Below are positions 59,507 through 64,000 of a DNA stretch of 64,000 nucleotides, one piece after another. Position 1 is the stretch's first letter, and every line of letters begins with the position of its first letter. Source of the stretch: Candidatus Krumholzibacteriia bacterium (GTDB lineage: Bacteria; Krumholzibacteriota; Krumholzibacteriia; LZORAL124-64-63); assembly GCA_046484865.1 (NCBI GenBank), contig JAWOID010000104.1, forward strand, positions 11,037-75,036, in the 5' to 3' direction. Both the position numbers and the translations under genes were made by a program. The notes under the pieces were generated by a model, which did not search any database, had not been told where the DNA came from, and saw only the letters and a program-made list of their open reading frames with translations.

Positions 59507-60594
59507 GCGGCGTGGCCGTACTCGGCTGGGAGGCCACGGCAGCGGCGGGGATCATCTTCCTGTTCCTGTCGGCGTTCTTCTCCGGCGCGGAGACCGGCTA
59601 CATGAGCGTGAGCCGGGTGCGGCTGCGGCGGCTGGAGGAGGCCGATCCCCGGGCGCGCCGGCTACGTCGCCAGCTCGAGAGTCTCGACGACGCCATCCTG
59701 ACCTGCCTGATCGGAACCAACCTGTTCAACGTGCTGTTCAGCGCCCTGGTGACGACGCAGCTGGCGGCGCGGTTCGGCCGGGAGACGAACGGGATGGCGG
59801 TGCTGACGGCGTCAGTGCTGGTGATCCTGTTGGGCGAGATCATCCCCAAGACGCTTTACCGGGAGTTCCCCGAGCGCTTCACCCTCGCCTCGGCGCCGGC
59901 ACTGAGCGCGGCCATGTTCATCACCGCGCCGGTGAGAGCCCTGCTGCGCGGCTGGGGTGCGCTGTGGCGGCGCCTGTTGCCGCGCGACGATCGCGGCGAG
60001 CCTCACGGGCTGGACCGAACGAGCTTGACGGCGCTCCTGCTGACCAACTCCTTGCCGGAGACGGAGGACCGGCGCTTCCGCGAGAGCCTGGACCGCTTCA
60101 TGGAACTGGCGGGAGCGAACCTCAAGCGGATCATGCGCCCGGTGAGCGAACTGGTGACCGTGACGCCGCACACCAGCGTCCGATCGGCACGTGAGATCGC
60201 GGCGCGCTACGGTTTCAGCCGCCTGCCGGTGGTGCCGCCCGGTAGCCACACGCCGATCGGCTACGTGCTCGTGCGCGATCTGCTCTTCTTCGCCGGCGAT
60301 CCGGAGAGTGCGTTTCCGGAGACGATGGTCCGCTCCTTCCTGCTGGTGGACGAGGACCTGTCGCCGTACGAGCTGTTCGAGGAGTTGCACGCCCAGGGGC
60401 GGCAGATCGCGCTCATCGTGGATCGCCCGGGCGAGGCGCTGGGAATGGTCACCCTGGAGGACCTCCTGGAGGTCGTGGTCGGCTCGATCCAGGACGAGTT
60501 CGATGACCGGTACGATGCGTTCGCGACGGTGGCCCGCGATCACGCCGGCAGCGGCCGGCTCCGGCGCGTCGCCACGCGGGAGCGACCGTCCTAG
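59503..60594 (+). CDS. Second CNNM/DUF21-CBS protein (no CorC domain)
   Basis: FFSGAETG, LIGTNLFN, GEIIPK, GFSRLPV, GMVTLEDLLE..VGSIQDEFD; GTG overlaps the upstream stop. Confidence 0.9.
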   Translation: MSGVAVLGWEATAAAGIIFLFLSAFFSGAETGYMSVSRVRLRRLEEADPRARRLRRQLESLDDAILTCLIGTNLFNVLFSALVTTQLAARFGRETNGMAVLTASVLVILLGEIIPKTLYREFPERFTLASAPALSAAMFITAPVRALLRGWGALWRRLLPRDDRGEPHGLDRTSLTALLLTNSLPETEDRRFRESLDRFMELAGANLKRIMRPVSELVTVTPHTSVRSAREIAARYGFSRLPVVPPGSHTPIGYVLVRDLLFFAGDPESAFPETMVRSFLLVDEDLSPYELFEELHAQGRQIALIVDRPGEALGMVTLEDLLEVVVGSIQDEFDDRYDAFATVARDHAGSGRLRRVATRERPS

Positions 60595-60678
60595 CCTGGG
60601 CGGCGCCGGAGAGAGATGGTCCCGGCCGTGGTTCCGGGGCCGGGGTCCCGGCCGGCGCGGCCAGCGGAGGTGGGAACG

Positions 60679-61176
60679 ATGAACGACGAAGGCATGTCGC
60701 GGCATGACGAGGTCCTGCTCGGCCTGGCGCTCACGCTGAAGCACGCGACGATGCAGCACCTGGGCAAGTTCAAGAACCCGGTCACCGACCAGGTGGAGCG
60801 GGATCTCGACCAGGCGCGCGGTACGATCGACATCCTCGAGATGCTCAAGGCCAAGTGCCGCACCGACACCCCGGCGGACCTGCTGCGCCTGCTTGACGCC
60901 GCGGTGCTGGAGCTGCAGATGAACTACCTGGACGAGCGCCGGCGAGACCGCCGCGAGCATGCGGGAGAGGAGGCGGCCGCCGGCGGGTCCGGGGTCGGAA
61001 ATGCGGCCGCCGGGCCGGCCGAGCCGTCGGACTCGCCCCCTGCGGACGCGTCGGACTCGCCCTCCGCGGACGGGTCGGACTCGCCCTCCGCGGACGCGTC
61101 GGACTCGCCCTCGCCGGATACGACGGAGGGATCCGCCGCTGCCGGGACCGGCGCGGAGGACGATGAGACGACCTGA
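60679..61176 (+). CDS. DUF1844-like protein with acidic repeat tail
   Basis: QHLGKFKNP..DLDQARGTIDILEMLKAK..ELQMNY; GGAGG RBS. Confidence 0.75.
   Translation: MNDEGMSRHDEVLLGLALTLKHATMQHLGKFKNPVTDQVERDLDQARGTIDILEMLKAKCRTDTPADLLRLLDAAVLELQMNYLDERRRDRREHAGEEAAAGGSGVGNAAAGPAEPSDSPPADASDSPSADGSDSPSADASDSPSPDTTEGSAAAGTGAEDDETT
61026..61117 (+). repeat. 24-bp in-frame tandem repeat, about 4 copies (SDSPSADA)
   Basis: GTCGGACTCGCCC at 61026, 61050, 61074 and 61098. Confidence 0.85.
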
Positions 61177-62695
61177 CGCTCCCCGCGCCCCGCGACCGCG
61201 CCGATGGCTGCTCTGGGCCGTGGCCGCGGCCCTGCTGGTGGCGGCGGCAGCCGCCGCCGCCCAGCCTGTCCAGCCGCCGCGGGTGGATCCGGAGCAGGTC
61301 AACCCCACGGGTACGCCGCCGGAACGTTTGCAGGAAGCGCTGAAGCTACGCCACTTGACGCCGGGAGCCCTCCCGCACGACGGACTGGTGACCTTGGGGC
61401 TCGGTGGCAGCACCGGCAGCGCGCTGTTCCCGCTCGACGGCGGCGCCATCACCGACGTGACCACCCGCGATCTGCGAGCCTGGCTGGCCTGGGGTCTGCG
61501 CCCCTGGGCGCACGTGCGGGCCGAGGGGCGCATGGTCGGCATCGAGCAGGGCGAGCTGCCGGGCGTGGCAGGCGGTTCGGCCCTGGGCGACACCCGCCTG
61601 GAGGCCTTCCTGGGATTGCCGGTGCCGGGACGGACCCTGTCGCTGGCGCTGCACGGCGGAGTGGTGTTGCCCACGGGCGACGTCGAGCGAGGCACCAGCG
61701 AGGACGCTTCCTCGCGCTGGGCGGGCGCCGCGGCTACCGTCGCGCTCTTCCGGCGTTCCCAGCTACCGGAACTGCGGCTGCACCTGAACGTCGGTCGCCG
61801 CTGGAATCGCAACGAGGCGCTGGGGTACGGCTGGGACGCCGGCGCGAACTTCCAGCCGTGGCCGCCGCATTACCCCGCCGCCGCCGCGGCCGGCGGGGAC
61901 CGGGAGAACGACTACACCCTCCTGGGCGCCGCGCTGGAGTTCCGCCAGAACGAGGCCTCGCTCTGGCTGGAGTACTACGAGTACCGGCTCGACATTCCCG
62001 GCGTGGTGTCTGCCCGGGAGGATCCCGCGTTCCTGACCGCCGGCGTGCGCTGGGGCAGGAGCGAGGGGATCGCGCTTCACGCCGGCTACGAGGTGAGCCT
62101 GGCGGTGGACGACCCGGCCACGCCCTTCTGGCCCGGCTATGCCGACCTCCGCTACCATGTGGGGCTCTCCTACCAGTTGCCCCTGGGCGGGCGGGACCGC
62201 GACGGCGACGGCATTCCCGACCGGCGCGATGCCTGCCCCGACTCGCCGGAGGATCTGGACGGCTTCCAGGACGACGACGGCTGTCCCGACCTCGACAACG
62301 ACCTCGACGGCGTGCCGGACCTGCGCGACGCCGCTCCCCTGGAGCCGGAGGATTACGACGGCTGGCAGGACGAGGACGGCGCTCCGGACCTCGACAACGA
62401 CGGCGACGGCATTCCGGACGCGCTCGACCTCTGTCCCGACCAGCCGGAGGACTTCGACGGCGTGGAGGACGACGACGGGTGTCCCGAGGAACACGGCGAC
62501 CGGGACGGCGACGGCGTGCCCGACCGGTACGATCTCTGCCCGGACCAGCCGGAGGACCACGACGGATTCGAGGACCACGACGGCTGTCCCGATCCGGACA
62601 ACGACCTCGACGGCATCCCCGATGATCGGGACGAGTGTCCCGACGAGGCCGAGGATTACGACGGGGACGCCGACGGTGACGGCTGCCCCGAGTAG
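61163..62695 (+). CDS. Secreted/outer-membrane protein with five C-terminal thrombospondin type-3-like Ca2+-binding repeats
   Basis: Signal peptide; amphipathic beta-strands ending RYHVGLSYQL; then five units of DxDxDG(I/V)PD..D.CP..PED.DG..D.DGCP. Confidence 0.8.
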   Translation: MRRPDAPRAPRPRRWLLWAVAAALLVAAAAAAAQPVQPPRVDPEQVNPTGTPPERLQEALKLRHLTPGALPHDGLVTLGLGGSTGSALFPLDGGAITDVTTRDLRAWLAWGLRPWAHVRAEGRMVGIEQGELPGVAGGSALGDTRLEAFLGLPVPGRTLSLALHGGVVLPTGDVERGTSEDASSRWAGAAATVALFRRSQLPELRLHLNVGRRWNRNEALGYGWDAGANFQPWPPHYPAAAAAGGDRENDYTLLGAALEFRQNEASLWLEYYEYRLDIPGVVSAREDPAFLTAGVRWGRSEGIALHAGYEVSLAVDDPATPFWPGYADLRYHVGLSYQLPLGGRDRDGDGIPDRRDACPDSPEDLDGFQDDDGCPDLDNDLDGVPDLRDAAPLEPEDYDGWQDEDGAPDLDNDGDGIPDALDLCPDQPEDFDGVEDDDGCPEEHGDRDGDGVPDRYDLCPDQPEDHDGFEDHDGCPDPDNDLDGIPDDRDECPDEAEDYDGDADGDGCPE

Positions 62696-62748
62696 CCGAT
62701 CGGGCCCGTGTTGCCGATCGGACCCGAGAAGCCGATCGGGCCCGGGTT
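62695..62748. repeat. 18-bp tandem repeat, 3 copies, between convergent genes
   Basis: GCCGATCGG(G/A)CCCG at 62695, 62713 and 62731. Confidence 0.75.
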
Positions 62749-62795
62749 GCCACCGGGCCGCTCACCGCCCGCCCGCCCGCCGGCGGGCGACAGAG

Positions 62796-63656
62796 TCAGC
62801 GGGGCCGCTGCGCCCCGCCTTCCCCGCGCTCCCGCTCGCGGACCTTCGCCGCCACCCAGGCGGTCTCCAGGTCCGCCAGCGGCGCACCTCGCAGGCGTTC
62901 CGGATCGTTGCCGAATGCCGCCTCCACCTGCTGGAAGCGGTCGCGGAAGCGGTGGTTGGCCTGCCTCAGGGCCAGGTCGGGCTGCACGCCCAGGCGGCGC
63001 GAGAGGTTCACCACGGCGAATAGCAGGTCGCCTACCTCGTGAGTGACGGCGGCGAGATCGCCGCCGGCTGCCGCCTCGAGCAACTCCTCGCGCTCCTCGT
63101 CCAGCTTTTCCCATACCCCGGCCAGGTCGGGCCAGTCGAAGCCCACGTCCGCGGCGCTGTTCTGGTATGCGTAGGCCTGGTGGAGCGGCGCCGTGCTGGA
63201 GGGCAGCTCCCGCAGCAGCGACTGCCGGGCGGGATCCACCCCGCGCTCGCGTTTCTCCTGGTCCTTCATCTCGTTCCAGCGCTGCTGGCTCTCGCCGGTA
63301 TCGCGGGCGCGGGCGTCGCCGAAGACGTGGGGATGGCGCCGCACCAGCTTCTCGCCGCCGTCGCGGGCCACGTCGTCCAGGTTCAGCGGTCGGGTCTCAC
63401 CGAGGATCTCCACGCAGAAGCAGACCATGAACAGGAGGTCGGCCAGTTCCTCACGCACATGGTCCGGATCGCCGGCCAGCACCGCGTCCAGCAACTCGCC
63501 GGCCTCGTCCAGCAGGAAACGGGCTGCATCGGTGAGGGTCTGCTTGCGGTCCCAGGGGCAACCCCCCGGAGAGCGCAGGAGGTGAATGGTCCGCTGCAGC
63601 CGGTCCACGGGACGATCGGCGGAGCCTTGAGGGAAGGCGGGGTGCTCGTCGTTCAT
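62796..63656 (-). CDS. mazG: Nucleoside triphosphate pyrophosphohydrolase MazG
   Basis: LRSPGGCPWDRKQT, EELADLL, KLVRRHPHVFG, GFDWP, EVGDLLFAVVN, FRDRF. Confidence 0.93.
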   Translation of the reverse strand: MNDEHPAFPQGSADRPVDRLQRTIHLLRSPGGCPWDRKQTLTDAARFLLDEAGELLDAVLAGDPDHVREELADLLFMVCFCVEILGETRPLNLDDVARDGGEKLVRRHPHVFGDARARDTGESQQRWNEMKDQEKRERGVDPARQSLLRELPSSTAPLHQAYAYQNSAADVGFDWPDLAGVWEKLDEEREELLEAAAGGDLAAVTHEVGDLLFAVVNLSRRLGVQPDLALRQANHRFRDRFQQVEAAFGNDPERLRGAPLADLETAWVAAKVRERERGEGGAQRPR

Positions 63657-64000
63657 GCGGCGCGCCTCGTCGGGGCGGAGGTCCAGGTTGCCGGTGCGGC
63701 CGGGCCGGATCGGGTCCAACACTAATCCTCTTTTGCGGCTGCGGAAAGATGGGTTATTCCACGCAAATTGTTTCCGGCTCTTTCCTCGGGGTCCGCAGCC
63801 CCGTTCACCCCGCGTACTTCAAGTCATGGCGCCGGTTCACCTTCAGCGCCCGCGTCCTGACCTCCCCCCAGTAGTACTGACGCCAGCGGCCCTCCAACCC
63901 GATCTGAGCCGCGAACAGACGCCGGCCGACCACCTCCCTGACCGTCAACTGCCGGCGACACAATCCGACCAGCATCCCGGGCGTCTGCCTGCTATCACGC

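Noticed and set aside
61026..62748. CRISPR-like repeat arrays
   Set aside because: The repeats are in-frame coding repeats or short tandem repeats without unique spacers, and there are no cas genes.

Overview
A 64-kb, very GC-rich chromosomal window from a diderm bacterium. It has LPS genes (waaA, GT9), TolC/RND efflux, lipoproteins and a T9SS/FlgD-type C-terminal domain. This gene mix suggests an FCB-superphylum candidate lineage such as Krumholzibacteriota or Latescibacterota (inference). Contents in order: a truncated patatin-like gene; a translationally coupled egtD-egtB-betaine-type ABC importer unit; an RND/MFP/TolC pump; mscS; gdhA converging on a PPDK_N-only ATP-grasp protein; tmRNA; a secreted esterase; class I and class II FBP aldolases and kbl; a stand-alone EF-G plus a RecA-fold ATPase; yggS-yggT-divIVA; an unannotated 159-nt long-hairpin candidate ncRNA; punA-ileS (type 2, GVHH motif)-dksA-lspA-rluD; STAS/anti-sigma-ruvX-mltG; tRNA-Val; three small secreted proteins and a large C25 (gingipain/PorU-like) peptidase; SpoIID; NagZ; tRNA-Asp; an M49-like peptidase; a probable pseudo-zincin lipoprotein; queE-queC; GT9-waaA-radical SAM; two CNNM/CBS genes; DUF1844; a TSP3-repeat outer-membrane protein; mazG. 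No integrase, transposase or CRISPR array was seen. The best candidate for an undescribed system is 38.7-46.2 kb. Two paralogous secreted proteins there end in a shared short tail (A-T-W-S-x-V-K-x-[LM]-F-R-stop). They sit beside a dockerin-like protein and a catalytically intact PorU-like C25 peptidase, which suggests a short-signal C-terminal sorting and surface-assembly system. All family calls come from motif recognition by eye, with no database searches.
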